A stretch of 64,000 nucleotides of DNA, from contig JAITJZ010000036.1 in assembly GCA_031278655.1 (NCBI GenBank), forward strand, positions 1,614 to 65,613, given 5' to 3'. The notes beneath the pieces were generated by a model. The model was not told the DNA's origin. It was given only the letters and a program-made list of their open reading frames with translations, and made no database searches. Shown piece by piece: positions 52,175 to 62,043 of the stretch (the stretch's first letter is position 1; each line of letters starts with the position of its first letter). The DNA comes from Bifidobacteriaceae bacterium (GTDB lineage: Bacteria > Actinomycetota > Actinomycetes > Actinomycetales > WQXJ01). The translations under genes and the position numbers were made by a program.

Positions 52175-53937
52175 GCCGCCGCGCCGAATCCGAGGCATCG
52201 CCAGTCGCGGCCGCGCCGCCGGTGCGCCGGCCGCTGCGGCGGGCGGTGGCGCTGACGGGGTTGAAACTGGGTCAACTGCTGGCGGCGGTCTTCTTCGGCG
52301 CCCTGACACAGGCGGCATCGGTGGCTTTGGCCGGGACCTCGGCCTGGCTGATCGTGCGCGCGTCGCAAATGCCGCCGGTGCTGTCGCTGCAGGTGGCGGT
52401 GGTCGGGGTGCGGGCTTTCGGCATCACCCGGGGCGTCTCCCGCTACATCGAGCGGTTGACGGCGCACCGGGTGGCGCTCAGCGGCATGACCAACCTGCGG
52501 GTCCGTCTGTACGAACGGATGGCGTCCGGCAGCGGCGCCGGGGCCGCCGCCTTCAAACGCGGCGACGTGCTGGCGAGGGTCGGGGCGGACATCGACGACG
52601 TCGGCGATCTGGTGGTGCGCGGAATCATCCCAGCGCTGGTGGCGGCCGTCCTGATGGTCGGGTCGAGCGTGGCCGTGGGGGCCTTCCTGCCGACCGCCGG
52701 GATCGCCGTCTTCGCCTGTTTGGCGCTGGTCGCCATCGGCGGGCCGCTGGCGACCTTCCGGGCGGCGCGACTGGCCGAGACCGCCGCCACCCAGGCGCGA
52801 GCCGATGTTTCCGCCTCGGCCCTCGGCATCATTGAGAACGCCTCCGAATTGCGGGTCGGCGGGCAGTTGGATCACGCCCTGGCAGACCTCGCCGGCCACG
52901 AGAAACGCCTGGTCGCGGCCACGGACGCGGTGGCCAAGCCGTCCGCGCTGGCGGCCTGCCTGACGGAGGTCGGCACCGGCCTGGCGTTGATCGTGAACCT
53001 GATTCTGACCGCCGTCGCCTGGCAGGCCGGCGCCATCTCCGCGACCGAGCTCGCGGTCATCGTGCTGATGCCGCTGGCCGCCTTCGAGTCGGTGGCCGGG
53101 TTGTCGACGGCCGCCGCGCAGGTCTACAAGTCCCGCGCCGCCGCCGCCCGGATTGTCGCCTTGGCCGAGGCGGGGCACGCCGCCGATGCCGCCGTCCCGG
53201 CCGCCGCTGAGCCGTCCGGCGCCGCTGAGCCGTCCGGCGCCGCCCCGACCGGGACGCTGCGGGCCGCCGGCCTGAGCGCGGGCTGGCAAGCCGGGCGACC
53301 GGTGGTTCTGGGAGTGGACTTAGAACTGGCGCCGGGGCACGGCATCGGACTGGTGGGACGTTCCGGCGCGGGCAAAACCACCCTGTTGGCGACCCTGGCC
53401 GGGCTGATCCCGCCCCTGGCCGGGGATGTGGCCGTGGGCGGCGCGCCCTTGGCCGGTCTCAGCCCCAAGGCGCGCGCGGCTGGCGTCGCCTTCATCGCCG
53501 AGGACGCGCACATCTTCGCCACCACCGTCCTGGAGAACCTGCGTGTGGCGAACGGCCGGCTGGAGGCCGCCGATGCCGCCGCCGTGCTCGAGCGGGTCGG
53601 CCTCGGACGCTGGCTGGCGGGGCTGCCGCAGGGCCTCGACACGCTGCTGACGGCCGGGTCCGACTCGATCTCCGGCGGCGAGCGCCGCCGCCTGCTGCTG
53701 GCGCGGGCGCTGGTCTCGCCCGCGCAACACATCCTCCTGGACGAACCGGCCGAGCATCTCGACCCGGAGGCCGGGCGGCGCCTGACCGCCGAGTTGCTGG
53801 CGGCGGCTCGCGCCGCCGGGCGCGGCCTGCTGGTGGTGTCGCACCAAGAGGAGGCGCTGGCCGGGGCCGACCGCGTCTACCGCCTGGTTGATGGCCGCCT
53901 GGTTGATGGCGGGCTGACTGACGGCGCGGGACAATGA
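52171..53937 (+). CDS. cydC: Thiol/heme ABC exporter subunit CydC
   Basis: SAWLIVRASQMPPVL, VRAFGITRGVSRYIERL..H, GRSGAGKTT, ISGGERRR. Confidence 0.93.
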   Translation: MSRRAESEASPVAAAPPVRRPLRRAVALTGLKLGQLLAAVFFGALTQAASVALAGTSAWLIVRASQMPPVLSLQVAVVGVRAFGITRGVSRYIERLTAHRVALSGMTNLRVRLYERMASGSGAGAAAFKRGDVLARVGADIDDVGDLVVRGIIPALVAAVLMVGSSVAVGAFLPTAGIAVFACLALVAIGGPLATFRAARLAETAATQARADVSASALGIIENASELRVGGQLDHALADLAGHEKRLVAATDAVAKPSALAACLTEVGTGLALIVNLILTAVAWQAGAISATELAVIVLMPLAAFESVAGLSTAAAQVYKSRAAAARIVALAEAGHAADAAVPAAAEPSGAAEPSGAAPTGTLRAAGLSAGWQAGRPVVLGVDLELAPGHGIGLVGRSGAGKTTLLATLAGLIPPLAGDVAVGGAPLAGLSPKARAAGVAFIAEDAHIFATTVLENLRVANGRLEAADAAAVLERVGLGRWLAGLPQGLDTLLTAGSDSISGGERRRLLLARALVSPAQHILLDEPAEHLDPEAGRRLTAELLAAARAAGRGLLVVSHQEEALAGADRVYRLVDGRLVDGGLTDGAGQ

Positions 53938-55625
53938 CCGAGCCAACGCCGCCGCCCGCGCCCCCGTTTGAGGCCGATCTGCTGGACGCCGTGCTGTCCC
54001 TGTCGCGCCGCCTCGACCTGGCCGAGGTCCTGGCCGAACTGGTGGCGGCGGCGCCGCGCCTGACCGGCGCGGGAGCGGCGGCGGTCAGCGTCCTCGACGG
54101 GCGCGGGATTGACGAGCGCTTTTACACCCACGGCGCCGATCACGCCCTGGCCGCCCAACTGGGCCGCTTCCGGCGGGCGATGACGCTGATGGCGCGGATT
54201 CCGACGCATGAGCCGCTGATGCTCGAGGAACTGCCCGCCGCCCTGGTGGGGCTGCCGCCGGACGCGGAGATGCTGGTCGGGAACTTCCTGGCGGTGCCGG
54301 TCCGGGTGCGCCACACCGTCTTCGCCCACGTCTACCTGGTCAACAAACCGGGCGGGTTCACCCAGGCCGACGCCGACATGGTGGCAGCGCTGGCGGCGGC
54401 GGCCGGCGTGATGGTTGAGAACGCCCAGCTTTATCAGGCGTCGCAGCGGCGCGAGAGTTGGCTGGCGGCGGGCCAGGGCATCACCACCATGCTGCTGTCC
54501 GGGGTCGAGGAGGAGGAGGCGCTGACGGTCATCGCCTCGCAGGCCAAAGACGTCGCCGGGGCGGCCACGGCCGCCCTCATCTTGCCTTCCGTCGGCGACC
54601 AACTGATCATCGAGATCGCCGAAGGCGTTGGGGCCGCCTCCTTGGTCGGCACCCGCATGCCGCCGGACGGGCGCTCGCACACAGTCCTGACAGAAGGCAT
54701 CGGCATGATTGTCGATTCGCTGGCCAGCGCCTACACCCTGCGAGTGAAACAGTTGCGCGAGCACGGCCCGGCGCTTTACGCGCCGATGCGGACCTCTGGA
54801 CGCTCCGTCGGGGTGATGCTGCTGCTGCGCGAGCGCGGCGCCGCCTCCTTCGACCAGGCCGACCTGACCACCGCCGAATCCTTCGCCTCGCAGGCGGCCC
54901 TGGCCCTGGTCCTGGCCGAGGCCCGCCACACCTCCGACTTGTCGGCTTTGGTCTCTGAGCGCGAGCGGATCGCCCGCGACCTCCATGACCTCGCCATCCA
55001 GCAATTGTTCGCCACCGGCATGCGCCTGGAGTCGGCCCGCCAGGCGGCCGCCGCCGGGGTCGAACCCGAAGGCTTGGTCAAGATTCTGACCAGCGCTCTC
55101 GACTCGATCGACTCGACGGTCCGGGAGATTCGCTCGATCGTCTCGCACCTGCGCGGCCCCGCCACCGACGAGCCGGTGGCCGAGCGCCTCCGCCACGAGG
55201 CCTCCGCCGCCCGCGCCCTGCTCGGGTTCGCGCCGTCGTTGGTGCTGTTGCTCGACGGGCGGGCTTTGGCGTCATCGCCCGATGACGACGACTCGGCCGC
55301 CGCTGACAGCCTGGTTCCGCCCGCCTTGGCCGATGACCTGGTGGCCGTGGTCCGCGAGGGCATGTCCAACGCCGGGCGCCACGCCAAGGCCGCATCTGTC
55401 ACCGTCACCGTCGCCCTGACCTCGCCGGGTTCGCCGGACGGGCGTCCCGGCCAGGTCACAGTCGTGGTCGAGGACGATGGCGTCGGCTTGCCCGCCGTTC
55501 TCAGCCGCCAGTCCGGCTTGGCCAATCTGGCCGACCGCGCGTCAGCCAGGGGAGGCCACTTCTCGGCCGGCGCTGGCCGCGCCGGCCGCGGCGCCCGCCT
55601 GGAGTGGATCGCCCCGCTCGGCTGA
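53934..55625 (+). CDS. Dual-GAF sensor histidine kinase (DosS/DevS-like)
   Basis: Two GAF-like domains, ERERIARDLHDLAIQQLFATG HisKA_3 box, EGMSNAGRHA, DDGVG. Confidence 0.92.
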   Translation: MTEPTPPPAPPFEADLLDAVLSLSRRLDLAEVLAELVAAAPRLTGAGAAAVSVLDGRGIDERFYTHGADHALAAQLGRFRRAMTLMARIPTHEPLMLEELPAALVGLPPDAEMLVGNFLAVPVRVRHTVFAHVYLVNKPGGFTQADADMVAALAAAAGVMVENAQLYQASQRRESWLAAGQGITTMLLSGVEEEEALTVIASQAKDVAGAATAALILPSVGDQLIIEIAEGVGAASLVGTRMPPDGRSHTVLTEGIGMIVDSLASAYTLRVKQLREHGPALYAPMRTSGRSVGVMLLLRERGAASFDQADLTTAESFASQAALALVLAEARHTSDLSALVSERERIARDLHDLAIQQLFATGMRLESARQAAAAGVEPEGLVKILTSALDSIDSTVREIRSIVSHLRGPATDEPVAERLRHEASAARALLGFAPSLVLLLDGRALASSPDDDDSAAADSLVPPALADDLVAVVREGMSNAGRHAKAASVTVTVALTSPGSPDGRPGQVTVVVEDDGVGLPAVLSRQSGLANLADRASARGGHFSAGAGRAGRGARLEWIAPLG

Positions 55626-55657
55626 CACCCCTCGGCCGACACCCCTCGGCCGGCACC
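55617..55657. repeat. 14-bp tandem triplication containing the kinase stop codon
   Basis: CTCGGCTGACACCC / CTCGGCCGACACCC / CTCGGCCGGCACC. Confidence 0.85.
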
Positions 55658-55661
55658 AGCG

Positions 55662-56324
55662 TCAGGCGCGCCAGGAACTCGATTCCTTGGCCGCCACCCA
55701 GGCGGCCACCTGGGTGCGGCGCTGCAAGCCCATCTTCGACAACAAAGATGTGATGTGGTTCTTGACCGTCTTCTCGGCCACGCCGAGGCGTTCGGCGATC
55801 TCGCGGTTCGACAGCCCCTCGCCGATCAACGCCAGCACCTTGTGCTCCGACGGCGTCAAGTCGGCGGTCGGGTCCTCGTGGTCGGCCCGGCGGCGGGTCA
55901 GGGTGCGCTCGTCAAGCAGCGTCCGCCCCTGGGCGACGGCGCGGATCACATCAGCGATCTCCGCGCCCCGGACCGACTTGATGAGGAAAGCGGCGGCCCC
56001 GACTTCGAGCGCGGCGGCCAGCGCGTCATCGTCGTCAAACGACGTCAACACCACCGGGCGGGCCGTCGGCGCCGACGACTGCAGCTGTTTCATCAGGTCA
56101 ATGCCGGTGCCGTCGGGCAGACGCAGGTCCACCAGGATGACGTGAGGGTTGACGAGCACCGCCCGGCGGAGAGCTTCGGCCACGGAGCCGGCCTCCGCCA
56201 CGACGCGCATTCCGTCTGAACGTTCCACCACTTCAGCGATGCCGCGGCGGACCACTTCGTGATCGTCCACGATCATGACATTGATTTGGCTCAGGGGTCT
56301 GGGTTCGAGGTCACTTCCTTGCAC
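55662..56324 (-). CDS. NarL/LuxR-family response regulator (DosR/DevR-like)
   Basis: VDDHEVVRRG, DLRLPDG, LTSFDDD, GLSNREIA..L..AEKTVKN, RRTQ. Confidence 0.93.
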   Translation of the reverse strand: MQGSDLEPRPLSQINVMIVDDHEVVRRGIAEVVERSDGMRVVAEAGSVAEALRRAVLVNPHVILVDLRLPDGTGIDLMKQLQSSAPTARPVVLTSFDDDDALAAALEVGAAAFLIKSVRGAEIADVIRAVAQGRTLLDERTLTRRRADHEDPTADLTPSEHKVLALIGEGLSNREIAERLGVAEKTVKNHITSLLSKMGLQRRTQVAAWVAAKESSSWRA

Positions 56325-56389
56325 GCCGCTAACCCTAGCGTGACCGGCGAAGTCACACCAAGCGCGAAAGGCGCTTCAAGGGGCGAAAC

Positions 56390-57112
56390 TCATTCATCGA
56401 GGGCTTCGGCGGCCTCCAAAAGCCTCTGATAGGCGTCCTCGGCCGCCCGCTGCTCGGCCTGTTTCTTCGACGTGCCCTGGCCCTGGCCCCAGTCTTGGCC
56501 GTCGATCAGCGCTGTCGCCTCGAACACCCGCGCGTGGTCGGGGCCGTCGCCTTCGGCTTGGTACTCGACCGGGCCGAGCCCCCGCGCCGCGGCCAATTCC
56601 TGCAACGACGTCTTCCAGTCCAAGGCGGCGCCCAGGCTCGCGGCCTGGCGCAGAGTCGGCCCGATCAGCTTCAACACCACCTCGCGCGTGGTCTCCAAAC
56701 CGTGACTCAGGTAAACCGCGCCCAACAGGGCCTCAAGGGTGTCGGACAGAATCGAGTCTTTGTCGGCCCCACCGGTTGTGGTCTCGCCCCGGCCGAGCAG
56801 GATATACGGCCCGATGTTGATCTGGCGGGCGACCTTCGCCAGCGCCCGCTGTGAGACCGAGGCGGCCCGCATCTTCGCCAGCTCGCCTTCCGGCAGATCG
56901 GGATGGGCTCGGTAAAGGTGCTCGGTGACGGCCAGGCCCAGGATCGAGTCGCCCAGGAACTCAAGCCGCTCGTTGGTGGGGATGCCACCCGCCTCATGGG
57001 CGAACGAGCGGTGGGTCAAAGCCAGCACCAGCAATTCCGGGTCCAGCGCCGCGCCGAGTCCGGCCAGCAGCCGTTTGGCCGCTTGCGGCCCGATCACCGC
57101 CGGTCCCGTCAT
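56390..57112 (-). CDS. rnc: Ribonuclease III
   Basis: ALTHRS, NERLEFLGD, dsRBD DWKTSLQE. Confidence 0.98.
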   Translation of the reverse strand: MTGPAVIGPQAAKRLLAGLGAALDPELLVLALTHRSFAHEAGGIPTNERLEFLGDSILGLAVTEHLYRAHPDLPEGELAKMRAASVSQRALAKVARQINIGPYILLGRGETTTGGADKDSILSDTLEALLGAVYLSHGLETTREVVLKLIGPTLRQAASLGAALDWKTSLQELAAARGLGPVEYQAEGDGPDHARVFEATALIDGQDWGQGQGTSKKQAEQRAAEDAYQRLLEAAEALDE

Positions 57113-57125
57113 GGTGCTCGACCTC

Positions 57126-57320
57126 TCAGTCTTGGTACTCGCTCCGCTCGGCCGCCTCGTAATAGCGGCCCTTATAGGTCCCGCAGGTGGGGCAAGCCAT
57201 GTGCGGGCGGCAAGCCGCGCCGCAGTTCGGGCACTTGGTCAGCGCCACGGGGCTGGCCTTCCACTGGGCTCGGCGCGAACGCGTGTTGGCCCGCGAGGTC
57301 TTTCGCTTTGGTACAGCCAC
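57126..57320 (-). CDS. rpmF: 50S ribosomal protein L32
   Basis: AVPKRKTSR, CPNC...CPTC. Confidence 0.97.
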   Translation of the reverse strand: MAVPKRKTSRANTRSRRAQWKASPVALTKCPNCGAACRPHMACPTCGTYKGRYYEAAERSEYQD

Positions 57321-57322
57321 GG

Positions 57323-57949
57323 CTAAATCTCTTTCCTGTCGTCTTCCAATTGGTCTTCAGCGTCTTCCGCGTCTTCAGCGCCTTCGGCGAAGTCATCCTC
57401 CAGCAGTCCGGCCAGGCCCGCCCAGCGCGGATCGACCGCGCTGTGGCCGTGACCCGGCTCGTCCGCCAGGCGGACGCCGCACTCGGGGCAAAGCCCCTCG
57501 CAATCGTCGCGGCACAGCACCTGGAACGGCAGGGACAGCACAATCGCGTCCCTGACCGGGCCGGTCAGGTCGATCATGTCATCCACCACCGAGGGGTTGC
57601 CATCGTCTTCAGTTGTGGCCGGACCGGCGGCGCCCTGAGCCCGCTCCGGGTACTCGAACAGCTCCTGAAAGGTCGCCTCCACCGGCACGGCGACCTCGTC
57701 CAGACAGCGCCCGCATTCGCCCAGCGCCTGCGCGCGCACCGTCCCGGTCACGAGCACGCCCTCAAGCACCGATTCTTCCAGCAGGTCCAGGCTCACCAGG
57801 CCGCCCTCCGGAACACCGATGACGCCGGCGCCGAGCCCTTCCGGGGCCTCGAAGCTGATGGCGCGCCGCCTGGACGTTCCCGGCTGACGGCTCAACTGTC
57901 TGACCGAGAAAGTCAATTCAGTCAACGGCGCGGCGTCTGATTCAGGCAT
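57323..57949 (-). CDS. YceD/DUF177 family protein
   Basis: ECGRCL, LCRDDCEGLCPECG, DPRWAGL; upstream of rpmF. Confidence 0.92.
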   Translation of the reverse strand: MPESDAAPLTELTFSVRQLSRQPGTSRRRAISFEAPEGLGAGVIGVPEGGLVSLDLLEESVLEGVLVTGTVRAQALGECGRCLDEVAVPVEATFQELFEYPERAQGAAGPATTEDDGNPSVVDDMIDLTGPVRDAIVLSLPFQVLCRDDCEGLCPECGVRLADEPGHGHSAVDPRWAGLAGLLEDDFAEGAEDAEDAEDQLEDDRKEI

Positions 57950-58030
57950 GGGTCAAAGTGGTGTTCGAGGTCGCTAAAGGTCTTGGCTCCGCCGAACCGG
58001 CCGAACCGACCTGCCAGTCTACTGCACGTC

Positions 58031-58516
58031 TCACCCCCTCCCAAACGCCCCGGCCAAGGCGCGCGCCACGGCCGGCGTGACATAGGCGGAAACGTCGCCG
58101 CCATGGCGCGCCACGTCTTTGACCAGCGAACTTGAGATGTGGCCCCAGTCCGGCGCGGCCATCAGGAAGACGCTCTCAATCCCGGTCAGGTCGCGGTTGA
58201 CCAGCGCCATCGGTTCCTCGTGGGCCAGGTCGTGACCGCCGCGCAGCCCCTTGACGATGGCCGTCGCGCCCAATTCGCGGCAGAAGTCCGCCAGCAGGCC
58301 GGGCACCAGGCCGACGCTCACCGTGGGCCAGGACGCCACCGCGTCCTCGATCAGCGCCACCCGCTCAGCGGCGCTGAACAGGGCGCCTTTGGCGGCGTTG
58401 GCCCCAACCCCGACCACCACCCTGTCGAACAGGCCGGCCGCCCGCCCGATGACGTCCAAATGCCCCAGCGTCACCGGGTCGAACGATCCCGGCGCCACCG
58501 CCAACCGCTCAGCCAC
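58031..58516 (-). CDS. coaD: Pantetheine-phosphate adenylyltransferase
   Basis: PGSFDPVTLGH, IVKGLR, ISSSLVK. Confidence 0.96.
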   Translation of the reverse strand: MAERLAVAPGSFDPVTLGHLDVIGRAAGLFDRVVVGVGANAAKGALFSAAERVALIEDAVASWPTVSVGLVPGLLADFCRELGATAIVKGLRGGHDLAHEEPMALVNRDLTGIESVFLMAAPDWGHISSSLVKDVARHGGDVSAYVTPAVARALAGAFGRG

Positions 58517-59231
58517 GACCCCTCCGTCCGCCCGCCGCCGCGCCGCCATCCGGCCGCCGGCCGGCCCCGTCCCCAAGCCCGCCTTCCGCCCGGGTCGGCC
58601 CGCCGCCAGCCCGGGCCAGATAAACCGCGGTCTCGCCGTATTTGCGCACCCCAATATCATCCCAGCCGGCGGGCCAAGTCGGCGCGGCGGTTCTGGCCGA
58701 CCGCTCCAAGACCACCAGCGCGGCATCGGCCAGCCACGCCCGCGCCCCGGCGGACCCAAGGCGAGGCCGGGCCAAAGCCGCCAAGACGGCATCGGGCGCG
58801 GAAGTGGGCGCGTCGTACGGCGGGTCAAGAAAGGCCACGTCGAAGGGGGGACCGCCAACCTGCCCGATGCCGTCTCGCCCGGCCAGCGCCGCCCCGTCCA
58901 CCACCAGCGCCTCGGCCCGGGCGACGCGGACGGTCAGGCGCGCCGCCAGGCCGAGGGCGGCGGCGTTGGCCTTGATGGCGCGAGCGGCGGCGGGCGCCGA
59001 ATCGACCGCCACGGCGCTGGCCGCCCCCCGGCTGAGCGCCTCCAACGCCAACGCCCCCGAACCCGCGTAGAGGTCCAGCACGGCGCGCCCGGCCCAGCCG
59101 CCAGGGCCGCCCATGCGCGCTTCGAGCAGCGAGAAGATGGCTTCGCGGACGCGCTCGGTGGTGGGGCGGGCGCCACCGGCCGGAACTTTGATGGTCCGCC
59201 CGCCGGCGCTGCCGGCCACGATCCGGGTCAT
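58509..59231 (-). CDS. rsmD: 16S rRNA m2G966 methyltransferase
   Basis: MTRIVAG, RPTTERVREAIF, LDLYAGSGAL, FLDPPY, YGET. Confidence 0.94.
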   Translation of the reverse strand: MTRIVAGSAGGRTIKVPAGGARPTTERVREAIFSLLEARMGGPGGWAGRAVLDLYAGSGALALEALSRGAASAVAVDSAPAAARAIKANAAALGLAARLTVRVARAEALVVDGAALAGRDGIGQVGGPPFDVAFLDPPYDAPTSAPDAVLAALARPRLGSAGARAWLADAALVVLERSARTAAPTWPAGWDDIGVRKYGETAVYLARAGGGPTRAEGGLGDGAGRRPDGGAAAGGRRGRG

Positions 59232-59232
59232 G

Positions 59233-61698
59233 TCAACCTCGCTCCAGGTAGTCGTCGCGGCCCGCCAGCAGGGCGTCGACCGCTTGGCGCAGGGCCGGGC
59301 GGCGGGCCAGGCCGGGGTCCTCGGCGATGACGGCTGCGGCCGCCTCGCGCGCGGCCTCGATCAATTCGGCGTCGCTGGTCAGGCGGACCAGCCGGAGCGA
59401 CGAGCGGCCCGACTGGCTGTCGCCGAGGATTTCGCCTTCGCGCCGGGTCTCCAAGTCGACCTCGGCCAGGGCGAAGCCGTCACGGGTCTCTTCCAGCGCC
59501 CGCAGGCGGCGGGCCGCCAGCGAGTCCGTCTCCGCCTCCGAGACGAGCAGGCAGACGCCGGGGTCTTGGCCCCGGCCGACGCGCCCGCGCAGTTGGTGAA
59601 GCTGGGACAGGCCGAATCGGTCCGCGTCCAAGACCACCAGGGCGGTGGCCTGGGGCACGTCGATGCCGACTTCGACCACGGTGGTGGCGACCAGCACATC
59701 GATGTCGCCGCGCCCGAAGGCGGCCATGGTCTGATCCTTCTCCTGGCTGGTCATGCGCCCGTGCAGGGGCGCCAGTCTGACCCCGACCAGGGCCGGGTGC
59801 TCGCGCAGCCGCGCCAGCGTCTGACTGACCGAGGCCAGCGGGCGGCGCGGCTCGGGCGCGGTGGTCGGGGCGGGCGGGCCGAAGGCGAGCTGGCCCCGCT
59901 GGGCCGCGGGCGGGCCGAAGGCGAGCTGACCCTGCGGGGCCGCGGGCGGGCCGAAGGCGAGTTGTCCCCGCGGGGCCGCGGGCGGGCCGAAGGCGAGTTG
60001 ACCCTGCTCGGCGCCGCCTTCGCGGTCCCGGTCCGGGTCGGGTTCGCCGCCCGGCTCGAACTCCCCCGGCTCGAACTCGCCCGGCTCGAACTCGCCCGGC
60101 TCGATCGCCGGGCAGACCACCAGTCCGCGCCGTCCGGCCCTGGCCTCCTCGGCCAGGCGCGTCCAGACACGGTCCAACCAGGTCGGGTGCTGACGCGGGT
60201 TGACCCAGGTGGTCGCGATGGCGGGACGGCCGGGCGGGGATTGACCGAGCACGCTCAGGCCGAGGTCCCCGAACACCGTCATGGCGACGGTGCGCGGGAT
60301 CGGGGTGGCGGTCATGACCAGCAGATGCGGCCTCAGGCCCGCCTTGGCGCGCAGCGCCTCGCGCTGTTCGACGCCGAAACGGTGCTGCTCGTCCACCACC
60401 ACCAGCCCAAGATCACGGAATTTGACGCTCTCCTCCAGCAGGGCGTGGGTGCCGATGACGATCTGGGCTTGGCCCTGGGCGATCTCGTCCAACAGGTTCG
60501 CGCGGCTCTTGGCGCCGACCGCGCCCGTCAGCAACCGGACGGCGGGCGCGAACTGGCCGGGCGCGGCATCGTCCGCCTGCCCTGGCCGGGCCAACCCCAG
60601 CGGGCGCAACAGGTCCTCGATCGTGCGCCGGTGCTGAGCCGCCAGGACCTCGGTCGGGGCCAGCATGGCGGCTTGGCCGCCGGCGGCGACCACCTGAAGC
60701 ATCGCCCTGAGCGCGACCACCGTCTTGCCGGAGCCGACGTCGCCCTGGAGCAGCTGGTTCATGGGCCGGTCCGCGGCCAGCAACCGGCTGAGCTTGGCGC
60801 CAACCTGGCGCTGGGCCTGGGTCAACTCGAAGGGCAGGGCCGCGTCCAGCCGCGCCACCAGGCTGTCCGGGCCCTCCCGGACCGGCCAAGCCTTAGCCGA
60901 TGCCGCCGTCTCAAGCTGGTGGCGGCGGCGGGCCAGGCCCGTTTGCAGCACGAACGCCTCCTCGAAGCGGAAACGCCGCCGGGCGGCCTGCCATTGATGC
61001 GGCCCGGCCGGATTGTGAATGTCCCAGAACGCCTGGCCCAGCGGCGGCAGGCGCCTGTCGGCCAGCGCCGACTCCGGCAGCGGATCAGTTGGCGGCTCGT
61101 CGCCGAGGGCCTTGAGCGCGGTCCGGATCGCGTTTTGCAACTGCGGCGATTGGATTCCGGCCACCGCCGGATAAATCGGGATCAGCTTGTCGGCGAAGCG
61201 GGGGTCTTGGTCCCGGAGGGCGTCCTCCCAGACCACCTCCGGATGGACCAACTGCTGCTGGCCGCGATAGAGGCTGACCTTGCCGGTGAACAGCCCCATC
61301 CGGCCGACCCGGTATTGGCTGGTGTAGAAGTCGACCAGGTGGAAGCGTTTGAGGAAGAAGGTCAGCGCCAGGCGGTGCGCGCCATCGGTGATCTGCACCG
61401 ACACCAGCCACTGTGTGCGTTGTTTGATGTCCCGCACCGACACCGCCGCCACCCGCGCGTTGATGGAGACGACTTCCTCCAGTTTCAGCCCCGCCATGTC
61501 GGTCGGCACGCGCGGGTCGTCGTAGCGCTTCGGATAATGCCGCAGCAGGTCCCCAACTGTGCGCACGCCGGCGGCGGCCAGCTTCTTGCCGCCCCGGCCG
61601 ATGGCCCGCTCGACGCGCTGCCCCAGGTAGGCGTCGGCGTGGTTGGGCGCGGCCGCCTCGCTGGCGCCGCGCCATGCCGCCCTGGCTGTGACATCCAC
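59233..61698 (-). CDS. recG: ATP-dependent DNA helicase RecG
   Basis: LLQGDVGSGKT, DEQHRFG, MTATPIPRT, QLRGRVGRG; start set at GTG 61698. Confidence 0.96.
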   Translation of the reverse strand: MDVTARAAWRGASEAAAPNHADAYLGQRVERAIGRGGKKLAAAGVRTVGDLLRHYPKRYDDPRVPTDMAGLKLEEVVSINARVAAVSVRDIKQRTQWLVSVQITDGAHRLALTFFLKRFHLVDFYTSQYRVGRMGLFTGKVSLYRGQQQLVHPEVVWEDALRDQDPRFADKLIPIYPAVAGIQSPQLQNAIRTALKALGDEPPTDPLPESALADRRLPPLGQAFWDIHNPAGPHQWQAARRRFRFEEAFVLQTGLARRRHQLETAASAKAWPVREGPDSLVARLDAALPFELTQAQRQVGAKLSRLLAADRPMNQLLQGDVGSGKTVVALRAMLQVVAAGGQAAMLAPTEVLAAQHRRTIEDLLRPLGLARPGQADDAAPGQFAPAVRLLTGAVGAKSRANLLDEIAQGQAQIVIGTHALLEESVKFRDLGLVVVDEQHRFGVEQREALRAKAGLRPHLLVMTATPIPRTVAMTVFGDLGLSVLGQSPPGRPAIATTWVNPRQHPTWLDRVWTRLAEEARAGRRGLVVCPAIEPGEFEPGEFEPGEFEPGGEPDPDRDREGGAEQGQLAFGPPAAPRGQLAFGPPAAPQGQLAFGPPAAQRGQLAFGPPAPTTAPEPRRPLASVSQTLARLREHPALVGVRLAPLHGRMTSQEKDQTMAAFGRGDIDVLVATTVVEVGIDVPQATALVVLDADRFGLSQLHQLRGRVGRGQDPGVCLLVSEAETDSLAARRLRALEETRDGFALAEVDLETRREGEILGDSQSGRSSLRLVRLTSDAELIEAAREAAAAVIAEDPGLARRPALRQAVDALLAGRDDYLERG
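59870..60103. repeat. In-frame repeats in recG: 36 bp x4 (GQLAFGPPAA..) and 15 bp x3-4 (EPGEF)
   Basis: GCGGGCGGGCCGAAGGCGAG-containing unit with a 36-bp period; CCGGCTCGAACTC.C unit. Confidence 0.92.
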
Positions 61699-62043
61699 GC
61701 CTGCCAGGCTATAACGCCGCTCTGACACCGACCCAGCCCGCGCGGCCGCCGCCGTCCACCAGATGTCGCGCGCCGGTCTGAGAATCTTCGACGACGCCGT
61801 GTTTGGGGCTAACTCGAACCCAAGACCGCAGTCGGTGGCGGCCACGCAGCCGAGCTGAGTTGGCGGCGCTTGGGCTGACCAGGCAGCGCGGCTGGCCGGC
61901 CACGCGGCTCGACGCCTGCCATCTTCGGTGCGGCGGCGGGCGGAGAGGCGGGGCACGGCATCGGGCAAGTTCGGCGGCGGCGGGCGCTGAGCGAATCATG
62001 CGCATTCTTTTCCACAGGCCGCGTGATCATTCTGGCCGGCAGA

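Noticed and set aside
56340-56356. GTGAC-N7-GTCAC palindrome upstream of the response regulator
   Set aside because: It does not match the DosR or CRP consensus spacing and occurs once; too weak to call.
59870-60009. 36-bp periodic array as a possible CRISPR
   Set aside because: It lies in frame within recG, the inter-repeat parts are short and similar to each other, and there are no cas genes.
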